A stretch of 64,000 nucleotides of DNA, taken from Marsupella aquatica. Lineage: Eukaryota; Plantae; Marchantiophyta. A program made the translations under genes and the position numbers. Positions 24,563-37,941 of this stretch are shown piece by piece. The stretch's first letter is position 1; each line of letters begins with the position of its first letter. The notes beneath the pieces are model-generated. The model made no database searches. It saw only the letters and a list, made by a program, of their open reading frames with translations, and had not been told where the DNA came from. Location: the NCBI GenBank assembly GCA_973895155.1, contig OZ316896.1, forward strand, positions 16,182,576 through 16,246,575. Direction: 5' to 3'.

Positions 24563-25608
24563 ATGAGTGATTCGGAGGAGATTTTCAAAGATGTGGAACT
24601 TAAAGCAAGAGGATCACCGCGGTGTTTGAGGGGGAGAGAGAGGAGCAGGAGGAAGAGCGCGTGACACTGGAACCATCACTAGTGCGGCGTGTGGTGGAGG
24701 AAGCAGTACTACTACCGGAGCTCACGGTAGTGCCAAAGAAGAAGATGGGTATGTTCAAGCTTGGGGGACCCAAGTATGAAGTGACAAAGTATGATGGGCG
24801 CTTTGACTACTTGCTATGGGAGAAGCAGGTGAAGGGAGTGCTATATGCGTCAGGGATGGGCCAACTGTTGAGCCCTCGTGAAGACGATGTTGATGAGAAA
24901 CAATGGGACCGCATGTAGGAGCAGGGAGTGTGGTGTGTTACACTCTATCCGGGACTCTATCTCATGCCTAGCTCCCATCATCAAGCAATTGGGTGCACAT
25001 AAGGACTGTATGTCCTTGTTTGTGGAATTGCAGAGCAAGTATCACCGCAAGGAGTTGTCGAACCGGTTGTATACTTCCTACAAACTGATGAGTTTCAGGA
25101 TGAAAGAATTCGGTACGAAGTTGCAGGACCATGTGGATGCTTTCATCGACATGGTCGTTGACTTGGAAAACCTTGGGGAGACTTTGAATGATGAGACGAA
25201 GGCTCTGCAAGTTCTCAGTTCATTGCCTCCATCTTATATTAGTCCCTATCACGGGTGTTGTTGCATCGTGATAGGAATTCCATTTCATACAATGAAGTGG
25301 TAAGTTCTCTGCTTAGTGATGATCTTCAGCAAAAGATGCACATCACGTCACAACCTTCATCATCTGGTGCTGCCCTTAATGTTAACCGTGGGAGGAGTAT
25401 GCAGCGACCAACTAGGGACCGTAGAAACCAATTTAGATCTAAGTCCAGGGGTAAATCCCCTCAGAGGAGGCAGGTGACATGTTGGAAGTGCAACCAAATT
25501 GGACACTTCAAGCGAGACTGTAAGGGAAAGGCAGTTGAATCTTCATCGGTAAATATGGCTAGGGCTGATGGAGACGCTGATTTACTCAACGATGAGTATG
25601 TATTATGA
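24563..25608 (+). pseudogene. Copia gag, with frameshifts and stops
   Basis: KYDGRFDYLLWEKQVKGVL, LQVLSSLPPSY and a zinc knuckle CWKCNQIGHFKRDC. Confidence 0.85.
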
Positions 25609-27469
25609 AGCCAGGGGTATGTCTTGTGCACGTCATCTCGGAGAGCAGATAATGTATGGATTTTTGATTGTGCTTGCTCTTTTCACATTTGTTACATTCA
25701 TGAGTTTTTTAGTTCTTACTCTGTTTCAAACGGTTCAGTTCTGATGGGAAATGATCATTCTTGTCAAATTGAGGGTATTGGGTCTGTGAAGATCCAAATG
25801 TTTGATGGCGTTGTGCGCACAGTGTCCGGAGTCAGGTATGTACCTGGCATGCGTAAGAATTTGATTTCACTCGGTGTGTTGGATTCAAATGGTCATCAAT
25901 GAAGCGTTGTTGATGGTGAACTTCAAGTCAGGTCGGGAGAGATAGTGATTTTGAAGGGGAGCAGACAGAAGAATTTGTATGTGTTGTAGGGCAATACTGT
26001 ATGTGGAGAGGCCAATGTAACCAAGTCTCACGAGGAGATGACTCAATTGTGGCATTCACGGCTAGGCCACATGAGTGAGAAGGGTTTGGCTATCGTATGG
26101 AAGAATGGACTCATTTCTTATTTGCAATCTTGTAAATTAGAGTTCTGTGAGCACTACATTATTGGAAAGCAGCATTGTCGTGCTTTTGGTGTTGGAACTC
26201 ATTGTTCCAAAGCGATTCTTGAGTACATACATAGTGACATGTGGGGTCCATCCCCGACTCCCTCACACTCTGGAAATTTGTACTATGTATCATTTATTGA
26301 CGATTACTCAAGATTTGTGTGAATTTATTTCATGATGCATAAGTCTTATTTATTGTCCATTTTTAAGAAGTGGAAGGCCCAGGTGGAGAACTAGACTGGA
26401 AACACGGTCAAGTGTTTGGATACAAGGGTGAAGAGTCTGAGGTCAGACAACGGCGGGGAGTACACTTTAGTGGAATTTGAAGAGTATTATTCAAAACAGG
26501 GGATAACTCGCCATCTCACCATAGTTTATACTCCGTAGCGGAATGGTGTCACTGAGAGGCTCAATCGGATATTATTGGAGCGGTCACGGAGTATGTTGAG
26601 CCAGTCAGGTTTACCACAAGAATTTTGGGCAGAAGCTGCCAATACCGTAGCTTATTTGGTAAATTTTTCTCCTTCTAGTGCTATCAATTTCAAAACGCCA
26701 TTTGAGATGCGCTATAAGCGGCAAGCAGACTATCAAAGCAGACTATCATGGGTTGATAGTTTTTGGAAGTGATGCATATGCTCTCACACCAAAGCAGAAT
26801 AGGACCAAGTTGGATCCTACCTCCAATAAATGTGTTTTTCTTGGATACCAGAGTGGTGTGAAAGCCTACAGGCTATGGGATCCTATTGCCTGTAAGCTCG
26901 TTGTCAGTAGGGATGTTTTATTTTAATGCTCGGGGGTTTCACTTCCATAAAAATGGCATATCACGTGCGACGAAGGATATGGTCATTTTATTGGTTCTAA
27001 GGGAAGACTTAAGAATTTTTGTAGAAGAAAAATAGGGTCTTTTAAATTTATTTTTGAGACTTATAAGAATATTAGGGTCTTTTTAATCCAATTTTTAGAA
27101 TATTCCAAGAATATTCCAACTTTATAGGGGTTAAAAAATTAAAAACATTTCTTACATTTTAGAGGGTCCGAGGCCTAAAAACGTCGCAGGTGATGGGGAG
27201 GTCCCCATATAGTGAGACCCCCGAGCTTCAATGAATCCAGATTATTGAAGGAGGGGGAGAATACTCAGGTCTCCCGTATTGACAAAGAAAAATCTCCTAT
27301 CCCGAATCTTGTTGAGGGGGAGATTGGTCATGAGGTGCATGACCGGAGAGAAGGAGTTGCTCCAATTATGGAGTTGGTTCTTGTGCCAAAGGAACCAAAG
27401 AAGTTTGTTGATCAATGCTGGTGAGCAGCAAGTGGATGCTACTGAGCTTCAAATTGTACCAGCACACGC
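25609..27469 (+). pseudogene. Copia pol: protease, GAG-pre-integrase and integrase, decayed
   Basis: WIFDCACSFHIC, LWHSRLGHMSEKGL, YIHSDMWGP, FIDDYSR, RSDNGGEY, FWAEAANT and KCVFLGY. Multiple stops; interrupted by a MITE. Confidence 0.88.
26928..27226. mobile_element. MITE nested in the Copia integrase
   Basis: 16-bp TIRs GCTCGGGGGTTTCACT / AGTGAGACCCCCGAGC (1 mismatch). AT-rich non-coding interior. Flanks tttaat/ttcaat. Splits the conserved SRDVxFNE motif. Confidence 0.85.
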
Positions 27470-28992
27470 TGTCTAGGGGAAAAATGTGGTTCTTGAAGAA
27501 ACACTGGGCCTATGGCTGCTAGTGTCAAGAGAGAACTTAAGTTAAGATCATGATTACTATTCTAGACTGGGTAACAGACACCACAATAAATGGTTATGTG
27601 GATAAAAGCATAATATCATAATCCTTTTCTCCATACCTACGGACTATTGTCTCCTTGGCAGCTACCTTGGGTCGAGTTACAAAACAAATATCTCCCAATG
27701 AGAAAGAAACGGGAGGTTCGTCGGAAGGAGGTTTGTTGAGATTCATCTCAATACAAGATAAAAATTGTGTAAGCCCAATCCTGCCCGTAAACTACATAAG
27801 GGTATACAATTGGATCTATTGAATTTAACACTGTAGTTGCAAATGCTTCTCCAAAGTGAAAAGTCATATGCTGATGCATTATCTCTTTTTGGAGTACCTG
27901 AATTCTAATAAGAAAAGGATTAGGGAGAGGAAGAACAGGTGCTGGTATGGACATTATCGTACTATCAAATATTCCACTCAACTAATATTTATTCTAATGA
28001 CAAGATATATAATCATTTAACAAAAAGACCATTCATTTCAAACAAATACTATGCATTGAGTTAACTCTATGTAAAATGCAAATATTTATCTTAATAAGTT
28101 TATCTTTTTTTGAATGAAAACACTATCTGAAGGTCCAACGCATACAAACTACCACTGACTGAGCTAAGCTCCAAGCCAGCGTGCATGCGTGGATCTACTT
28201 CATAAGGGTTTCACCCAAAAGGAGCACATGATGTAAAGGTATTGTTGAGCACTTTGTAATTCTTTAGGACTTAATAACCATCTCCTATCAAATGATAACA
28301 CTCTTTGAAAGTTCAACTCATACAAAATATCTCTAGCCGAGCCGAAGCTCTAAGCAAGCGTGTATGAGTGGGTCTACTTCATAAGGGTTATATTCATAGA
28401 GGAGGTCATCAAGTCCAATGGATTCTCAAGGCTTCACAACTTAGTTGATGAAAGATGGGGAGTGAGGGAAGATAGCCCCTCTCCTCTTTATTTATAGTGC
28501 TCACACTTCAAGCACACGGATCAAGCATGGCACACGGATGGAAGCCATGTGTCACACATCCAAGGCAAGTAAGTGTACTAGTACTGTAGTTATGTGAGTG
28601 GAGCAACTGTAGGCAGTACACTGTAGCATGCACACTGTAGATCGTACACTGTAGCATGCATACTATAGATCGTACACTGTAGCATGCACACTATAGGTCT
28701 TGCACTGTAGCATGCACACTGTAGGTCTTGCACTGTAGCATGCACATTGTAGATCGTACACTGTAGCATGCATACTGTAGACCGTGTACAATAGCATGCA
28801 CTCTGTAGACTGTACACTATAGCATGCACACTGTAGCATGCATACTGTAGACCGTACATTGTAGCATGCACACTATAGATCGTACACTATAGCATGCACA
28901 CTATAGACTGCATATAATGCAATTCAAACTACTATTTTATACTACTAAACTATACTTAGAAGGAACTTAGTAAACAAAGAATCCCCACGACA
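27470..28992 (-). mobile_element. Nested solo LTR (1.5 kb) in opposite orientation
   Basis: Termini TGTCTAGGGGA ... TCCCCACGACA (inverted repeats, TG..CA) and an exact 4-bp flank duplication ACGC (27466-27469, 28993-28996). Minus-strand TATA-like CTATAAATAAAG near 28487-28498. No coding capacity. Confidence 0.75.
28610..28915. repeat. 28-bp (2 x 14-bp) tandem minisatellite inside the nested LTR
   Basis: About 11 copies of tacactgtagcatgcacactgtagatcg. Confidence 0.9.
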
Positions 28993-29099
28993 ACGCAGAT
29001 CAACCGCAGTCATCGACCAGAAGAACATTTGGTTGCACTATACGCGCTCCACCAAGGTATGGACAGTGGGTTGATTCATCTCAGTTGCAAGAGGAGGAT

Positions 29100-30729
29100 C
29101 TTGTTACTGATGATGAGGGTGATGCATTAATTTTGGAAGAAGGGGAACCTTCTTCATTTCATGAAGCAAGTGCTTCAAAGGAGAAGTAGGAGTGGATTGC
29201 AGCAATGCAAACAGAGATGCAGTCATTGAAGGACAACAAAACTTGTGAGTTTGTCAACCTGCCTGAGGGACAGCAAGTGGTGGATAGCAAGTGGATATAC
29301 AAGTTGAAGGATCAGTCCATGGGAGGTGGATCGAAGGTCTACAAGGCTGTTGGTAGCCAAGGGATTCACACAAGAAAAAGGTGTGGATTACAATAAGGTC
29401 TTCTCATCAGTTGCTAAGTACTCAACAATACGGCTATTGTGTGTGCTTGTTGTTATGTTTGGTCTGCTGCTAGATCAGATGGATGTTGTCACAACTTTCC
29501 TCTATGGCACCTTGGAAGAGGTCATCTTCATGAGACAGCCGCTAGATTTTGTGAAGAAAGGACAAGAGGATTTGGTTTGCAGATTGCTAAGATCCTTGTA
29601 CGGGTTGAAGCAATCACCAAGACAGTGGAATAAGCGATTTGATGATTGGATTCATGCACAAGGCTTTCACAGGAGTGTGTTTGACCCATGTGTGTATCTT
29701 AAACCGGTGAAGAATGTTGTCTTTGGGTTCATTGTTTTAGTACTTTATGTGGATGACATGCTTATTGCGGCCAAGGATAGGTCTGAGATTGTTAAGCTCA
29801 AGGCACTACTAAGTGCAGAGTTTAATATGAAGGACTTAGGGCTAGCTAACAAGATTTTGGGTATGGAAATCACTAGGGACTTGGAGGCTGGCAAACTATG
29901 GTTGACGCAGAGCAGTTATGCGAGGAAGGTAATTGCAAGGTTCAACATGGGGGATAGCAAGCTAGTAAGTACCCCGTTGGCTCCACACTTCAAGTTGTCA
30001 TCAGCTTTCTGTCCTACGGATGACACAGAGAAGGGGCTGATGTCAAAGGTTCCTTATAACAAGGCAGTGGGGAGTTTCAAGTATTTGATGACTTACACTA
30101 GACCTGATTTTGCCATGGCTATGGGCAAGGTGAGCAGGTACATGTCAAATCCAGGGAAGGTACATTGGAAAGTAGTGAAATGGATTATTTGGTACGTGAA
30201 GGGTACCATGGATCATGGTCTATTGTTTGATGCACATGTTGATAATGCTAGATCATTGATGGGCTATGTAGATGCTGACCATGCACAGGATCTGGATCGA
30301 AGGAGGTCAACAACAGATTATGTGTTCACACTTGGCGGTGGATGCATAAGTTGGAGGTCAACTTTGCAGAAGTGCATTGCTCAATCTACAACACAAGCGG
30401 AGTATGTTGCAGCAGCGGAAGCAGCAAAGGAAGCGATTTGGTTGGATAGACTGATCACTGAGATGAGATTGCCATAGGGGAATGTGAGGCTTCATTATGA
30501 TAATCAGAGTGCACTCCACCTAGCTGTGAACCAGGTGATGGACAGCAAAGTGAAACACATTGACGTCAGGTACCATTTTATCAGGCAAGCTATGTCTGAT
30601 AATATGTTTGAGCTAGTCAAGATTGACGGTAAACTCAACCCGGCTGACGCTTTTACCAAAGTGATTCCTTTGGAGAGTTTTTCTATACACTGTGATGCGT
30701 TGCAGGTTTTGCAATTGCCTCACAAGTAG
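29100..30729 (+). pseudogene. Copia reverse transcriptase and RNase H
   Basis: KWIYK, LVAKGFTQ, QMDVVTTFL, LYGLKQSPRQW, LYVDDML, GYVDAD, STTQAEY, DNQSA, KHIDVRYHFIR and NPADAFTK; one frameshift and stops. Confidence 0.92.
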
Positions 30730-30920
30730 GGTTACTTAACATTTGTGTAGATACTGAGATATGTTTTTGGTCATTCCTTGTATAGGCTACGACTTAGTTC
30801 TAGTCTACTCTTGTATAAATAGGGAAAAACCGGTTTGGTTTTTCTTTCTAGAACTTCCCGCTGAGCAATCATATTGGTAGCAGTCTTTACCCTCCCCTAG
30901 ACCAGAGTCAAGGGGGAGAT

Positions 30921-31263
30921 TGATAGGATTTACTCTTAGGTCTAGAGTCACAACTGTACCGTAGTTAAGGCTAACCTTAGTCGCAGACTTGGTTAGGTTA
31001 GCATGTTGTGCACACTCTATAACCAAGCGGTGTTTGCTTGGAGAGTGGGAACTTAGGCTCATTGTTACGGAGCTAGTTGAGAGATAGAGAGAGCTTTGAT
31101 GTGGACACTTGGTATGGCCGGTCGGTCTAGAGTGCAGTAAAGCTCTTGTGTGTTCCCGTGGACGTAGCCTCATGTGGAGGTGAACCACGTATCTCTCTGT
31201 GTCGACTCTTGTGCATTTGATGGTTCATGGGCTTGCCGTTGCGATTGTCGTCTATGCTCAACA
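30921..31263 (+). repeat. Copia 3' LTR, preceded by the polypurine tract at 30911-30918
   Basis: TG...CA termini; matches the 5' LTR. Confidence 0.92.
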
Positions 31264-33699
31264 ACCTCACATGCCTACAGACCAATTATGTGTCATCCCT
31301 GATCCTGTTAGTCTACTTTGGTCTGCAAACTGGGGGCAGCCTGATAATTAAATCAGTTTGGAGGCAGGTTTGTAATATCAACCACTTTGGGGGGCAGGAA
31401 ATAGGGGGAATGAGCACCCCCCTGCCACCCCTGGTCCAATAGAATGATGAAGTAATACCAAGGCTTTCATACCCCCTATTTCCTAAACATTATGCTCCTT
31501 GAAGACCATAATGTTGTCCAATAGAATGATGAAGTAATACCAAGGCTGTCCAGGGCAGCCACATAAACAAATAGGAGGGTATCAGCCATCTTTTAAACCC
31601 TCCAATGACACAATTGTTCCAAATGAAGGGATAATTCAAAGGCTTTCAGTTTGAGGGATTTCCAATTTGAGAGAATGCCCAGACTTAGGGCTCTGACTAA
31701 CTTTAAGCCATCTGGATTTTTTGTTTTATATGCTTTGGACCTTATGTGTCCAGTTAATTCTAGTGGGTGAGATAGCATAATGCCCTGGATAGACATTCTT
31801 GCTATTTTGAGACTGCCCAGCATAAAAAATATCCATTTGTGGTATTTTGATAACAAGGCGATAAACATCAGAAGGCAGGAACTGGCATTAAATAATTAAT
31901 ATCCCTGCTCAGGAAAATCAATTCCCCCGTGCATACCATGGGTGAGCACACTGTCTGGCTCGCTGATCAAAGGTTTGAGTTTGAGCAAGGCTAATTTTGA
32001 GCACATTTGTGTCCTAAGTAAGTTGCAAATTCTAGGATTGTTTGGGAGTAAGGGCCTGACACTTCCATCCTAATGAAGGGAGACAGGATCCATGGCAGAC
32101 ACACCACCCACAAAAATACATAGTTCTTCCAAGCAATCAATGAAGGAGTTTTGGCCCAATAGAACTCTGTGTAGTGTACTGGTCATTAAAAGCAATTGTA
32201 CTGGGGGAGGGTATGTCAAAGGGGTGGGGTCCCGGTAACTGCACATCAAGATATGACATATACGGTGTACGACATCCCTCCATACCATAATGACCCTCGT
32301 TATTTTATTTAAATCAATGAGTGCACACCATATATTACCACATTTTGATGTGTGATTACCGGAGAAAGGGGTGGACGGAAATCCTAACTCCTCGAGCTCT
32401 TATCTATACCCCCTCCATGTGAATACAAGAAATGGTGTGTGTTCAATGGTTCCAAGATTCTAACTCCCAATCCCCAACCATGTAATCTAGAAGTGTTTCC
32501 ATAAAGTTTGGATGGGATCTCCATCCCAAACTTCTGTTTGGATGGTAGTTCTAAATCTACATGAGATCTATAGAAACATGAGTTTTAAGTAGCACAATCT
32601 AGATTTAGAGTAAAATAGTTTGACTTTCATACAAAGAGCACTTTGGGATTGCATCCTGGTTCAAAGGTTTGGATGGAGATGCCATGTGAGCTTATGACTT
32701 CCAAAACTGGGAACTGTTATTATCTCTTCTAGCTTGCTTAGAGCATTTCCAAGGGTTTGCTCTATTTGTAACCCCTTGGGGTCAATGGTGAGGCCTTGGT
32801 GTTCAGGGTTTTGAAGAAATCTCAGTTCTGCAGAGATTGGATGATCGGTGCCGTCCACACACACTTTGGTGAGACTAAGCAATGGCCCCTAGCTAGGACC
32901 AACATGTGTGAGGCCTCATCTGGCTGGCCTGGGGGGGGGGTTCAAAAAAGGGCTTCAGCAAGCACCTAAGTTGCCACTAACCTTGACAAAACCTGGATCC
33001 ACCCGTTTCATCATTAAAAGTAACTTTTTGAAATTGTGGAGCAGACTAGCAAGGTAAAGGAAAGGAGTGAATGTCTTGGACACTTCCCCCTTATATATGG
33101 CCAGTAGCGATTTTTGTTGCTGCTGGACGGGCAACCCCACAATGGGTGGGGATTCTCTTACACTGTATACATGTGTAAAGTGCCGATCATAGTCCTGTGA
33201 TCCTTTCCTAGCAAGGTCCTTATGTGCCAGAAAACTAGTCTCCAATCTCTCACACATGGTTCTGTCACCAATGAGACACGACAACAACTGGTACCCCACC
33301 ATTCCTACACTGGAGGTTGAATTGACACACAGACTAAGTAAAAAATCGTCTATGACCAATTCGGAATTCAAGGGCCCTTCACGAATCTTCACGCATCCGT
33401 CTTGTTGATAATAGGATTCCCGAGTGGAGATTGTGCAGTAAGGGATACCTCCAGTCCTGTTAGAGACTATGGCCAGTGCCTCCAATCCGAACTTAGAAGT
33501 ACAAAATTGAGAGCTATAAGTGAAGTCTCGTTTGTGGATCATCACTCTGCAAGAGTAGGGTCTCATACCCTTGGACGTGCAAATGAAGGAGATCACGACA
33601 TATTGAGAATCGGGGTTCACTTCCTATAGCGCATGGAAGAAGGTACAGAACAAAAACTCGGTTGTAGTCATTTGGGATGTCCATTTGTATCACAATTTG

Positions 33700-36219
33700 T
33701 CCAAATGGAAATCTATCGCATCTAACAATCAAATAAGTTAAAAAGTACCTCAAATCCCTCTAATCATTGCACAGCCTACAGAATCGTTTCTGACAAGAAA
33801 CCTTTTAAGAACCATTCACGCTGCCATATAAGATGCTTCGAGATAGTTTGAGCTTGCGCAGCCTACGAGGCATCTCCATATCTGATCTACCTGAATCGCA
33901 CCCACGACATCTTTGTACCAATTGGATTAAGAATCATCTACATTTCATAAGTTCCTGGTCAATTGCAGGAATATTCAACACTGAGCACCATCTCTCTTTG
34001 AGGAAAATCTTTGTATATTATTCATTCTTACTTAAGACCATTGAGTTTAGCTCATCATATCAGCAAAAGGTTTTTGTCAGAATGGTTCTCAATTTTCAAT
34101 TGCGATCAGATGTAACTTTGAAAAGAGTAAAAACCTAAAAAAGGGCTACCAAGTGATGTATGGTGTGTTTCAAGTGTGCCACAAGCAGGTAGCAAAAAAA
34201 TAAGTTTATGGTTTGCACTTCAGTCTATCGAGGTTAATGTGATGTTCGCTCTGTAATGGGTCAAGTACATTTCTAAAGATTGAAATTTAGAAGGATTGGA
34301 GCTGTTAGTTTCGAATAGGGCGTATAATTACTATTAATGGTAGAATTGGATGGACTGTTGATTCAAACCTCTTGAATTGGCTCGTAGGTCACAAAATTAC
34401 CAGATGTTCCACTTTCTGGAACGATGGTCATAGTGAAAAATCTTGGTGTCAACGAAGTTGACTCGATACATATTGAATTTAAGAATGAAAGAGAGAAGAG
34501 AGTGGCCTGTTGTTCTCTCGGGAGCGTGATGGTCAAAACTTCTGGTCTACTTTCTCCGAATACACCTTCTGTGGAATAGAGGCAAGAAATGGGGCCCAAA
34601 AAGAAGGGAAAGAAAGGGAAAAAGAAGAAGGCAAAAGAGCCAAAGCGCGACTCAGGTTGGAACAAAGTGAGTACTTCATTGTACCTCTGTAATGGATCAT
34701 GTTAGCAAATTAATTGATGAAACGTACCTGAGAGAGTGCTCATTGCTGACTAATCATACACTTCTTGTCAATGATGCACGATTTGTTGTAATGAAAATGC
34801 TTCGCGTATTATCAGAAGTGGTTTCCCTAGAAAGAATATACAATTCATAAACTTTTGAGATCTACTTTGGAAGGGCTATGTCTCTTATCTGGATCAAGCA
34901 TAACCTGTGGTTTCATATCTACCAGAGCATTCAAAATGGAAAGTGGGAAAGGCCTTATGAGTCCTTACCCAGCATAGAGAAGTGGTCCGCTTGGGGAGAA
35001 TTGAGAGAGGAAATGTTCGCAGCATTGAAAGTGGTGAGAACAGAATCCTTGTAGAAACAGCTAGGTTCCGAATTTCAATCATGAATCAGTACATCGACCT
35101 CTTCAGAATATGATTCTTGATTGCACAAATATTGGATGAAGGTTGACAGTTCTGTGTTGATCCATAGATTGTCATACAACAGAGTATGGAAATTAACTAG
35201 CATGCGCTTGGTCTTCAGCTAACTATTATATGGAGTGAAAACTTGGGAGATGAATTTATTGCCGAGTTATTTGCCGTCCCTCGACCCAATTTGGTGAGCA
35301 CATACATCAACCACCTAATTAGCTCATTCCTTCTTTGTGTTATAAATATATTGCGAATTTGGCAATTAGCAACAAGCTCACTGTTTTGTCTGAGACGAAA
35401 ATTTGCAGGTTCATCTTGAGCTTCGTGGGTCGAAATTGCTTACAAAGTTTATACTCTCGCCAGAAACTCTTTCTCCTACAATAAACTTCATCGACATTTC
35501 GTGCTGCCCAAATTTGACATTTGTTTTGATTCAAGTTTGTACCAATCTCTCATTTTCATTATCCTCATCCATCTGTTATGTCATCGATATGAATGCTACA
35601 GCTTTACAACCCACGTGAATGTTCTTAAGTTGAAGTTGCCTTCTATTCGACACTGCTCATCTATCACGCTGATTGCCGAATGAATCACCCATCTACAGGG
35701 GCCTTACAACAGCATGACAACGCATTATGGTAAGAAAAAATGGAGTTTGTGAGGTGGGTGACACAAGTATAGAAGCAGTGTTTGCAACATTTGCTTTCTG
35801 AGAAGTCACCTCAAGAGAATTCATTCTTGTCTCAATAGTTTATATCTTCTTCTTCGTATCATGGGTGTCACTGGAGGATACAAAATGATTATGCAATCTG
35901 GGGCGGACGAAAATCCCGAAGACAATATTTTGGAATCGATTATATTGATAATGATATCAATCGTTTGCAGTCAGACTCGTTGAAGGAACTTACACTGGCA
36001 CGGTCATTTGCGTTGGAGAAGGTTTTATTACAGACAAGGACTCTCAAGACCCTGATTCTGGGTACATGTCCACTACTGGACACCCTTATGGTGTGGAGTA
36101 ATGACTTAATTAACTTGAATCTCTTGGACTGCAAGGATCTTACCGTCCTTGAACTCTATTGTCCAAAGCTTACAAATTTGGAGAAAAACGATCTCAAGGT
36201 TCGGAATGCTAATTACTAA
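33700..36219 (+). pseudogene. Possible decayed leucine-rich-repeat (F-box/LRR-type) gene fragments
   Basis: LxxLxL..C..L patterns, e.g. LKELTLARSFALEKVLL, LKTLILGTCPLLDTLMV, LINLNLLDCKDLTVLELYCPKLTNL, INFIDISCCPNLTFVLI. No complete gene model could be built. Confidence 0.4.
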
Positions 36220-37941
36220 ATTCCTACATCTCTTTTATGATGCTCCTCTCCTTTGAGTTTTAGGAAATGTCCAGGAGATTGATTTGGACCACACCCGGCA
36301 TTGCTCTCCCATCTAGTGGTCCTGTGCCTTGCTCTCTAATCGCAAAAGTTGCTTGTTAGAATTGTCTTAATCCTTGCTGCACGACAAACTTGGAGGTGAA
36401 ACTGAGTGAGCTTCAATCCTTGATCAGTTTTTAGCTCTCTTTAGTTATTTTTTAATTTTTTATCAGCTCGAAAGAGATATGAAGAAGAGTTGCATGCTAA
36501 TGAACCTCTGTGCAAAAGAAAAAACTAACACACATACCTTCTGACTGACAGGTAATCTCGACCGAGAACGAACCCAAACCGCCCATTTTGTATATCCTTC
36601 GACAAATGGATCTAAGGGCACCAATAAAACCCCCAGAGTTTGGTTATCCAGATGCTGGTACAAAAGATGGTTTGGAGAGTACTCGACCAATAGTGCCACG
36701 AACTCTTTTGTATGGCTTCTAGGCTATGTCCAGGTATGGTGTACACACGTACTATACAGTAGTCATTGTTGAGGGTCGCCGAGTTGAATCTCTCTTCTTC
36801 CAGGTATACGTGATACAAGTTTGAGAGACAAACACCACTCAAGCTTGGGACCCCCGGTGACTAGAAAATGTATGAATGAATCCTGTCTCCTTTGATTCAT
36901 GGTGGATGTACACTGGCATTTTAACAAATTGAAGGCCACACATGTGGCCTTCAACTTCGAGAGTATGGATTTGTTGACCAAAATTTCAATCATCATATTC
37001 CATAGTATTCCACGAGTTTGGCTGCAAAATAGCGTTTGCACAATCCAAAAGTTTGGGCGACAACTTCTACTACTGCTGCCAAGTCGTCCCCAACCTTGCC
37101 GTTTTACTACCCTATCCCAATCCAGTCCACTGCAAAGTAGCGCCCGTCAACTTTTACGATTCTCGAAAGGTCGATGGCTTGCCCCAGCTGGGGATGCCTG
37201 CTTATCTGAGACCATTGCTTCTTGTCATGAATCCCGCAATTTTGCGGTTCTAAATGAAGATGGATCTCGAAAGTACATGCCTTGTTGCCGGTTTCGTGAC
37301 AGTGGTGTGTTTCTCCTGTCTTTGAAGCTTGCAGTGGGAGTCTCCTTAATAAACTCAATAGGTAAGAATCCCGACCACAGCACTCAAAATCCCTGGGGAT
37401 TCATATCTCGCACCCAAAGTATTTTGCGCGGTGAGCGAGTAGAAGGCATTAAGCAGAACACACTATTAGTACATGGACTGCTTCCTTCAGTGCCCTCCCA
37501 AAAATTTGATCCAGCTCCAAAAGAGAGGAGTCAATGAGAAAACGATGAGGATCGAGCGGGCTGTCAAGAGTCAGCTGGTGTGGAAGGTTCACTTGGACTT
37601 TAAGTTTTTCCATTTTGTGGCTCACAAACTGTGAAGTCAGGAACGAACCCTGCTAAATCTCTTGTGATGGGGTGGTAGAACAACTCCATCGAGAGACAGT
37701 CAACATTTAGATTTACTTGGAATTCCGTAGAACACAGAATCACGGTTCTAGCTTTTGAAGACAAGAGTGTTCAGATTCATGACATTAAACTAGTAATTGT
37801 TTAGTGACAAACACATTGCAGCTACTTATTACTTTGTGACAAATCCACTTTGTACATTGGCATCAAAACCCTGAAGAGAATTATACACCTACATAATGGT
37901 GGACTCCAAAAAACTTATCACTGTATAAGAAAAAGAAACCC

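Larger units (their letters stand above)
22712..31263 (+). mobile_element. Full-length decayed Ty1/Copia LTR retrotransposon with two nested insertions
   Basis: Two ~345-bp LTRs, roughly 95% identical by eye. PBS TGGTATCAGAGC and PPT AGGGGGAG present. Domain order gag-protease-integrase-RT-RNaseH. Possible TSD gcctc/acctc. Confidence 0.95.

Noticed and set aside
32955-33620. 221-aa minus-strand ORF
   Set aside because: Non-ATG start, no recognisable motif or codon bias; cannot be supported without a search.
36899-37537. 212-aa plus-strand ORF
   Set aside because: No family recognised; may be a decayed gene fragment, but no model could be built.
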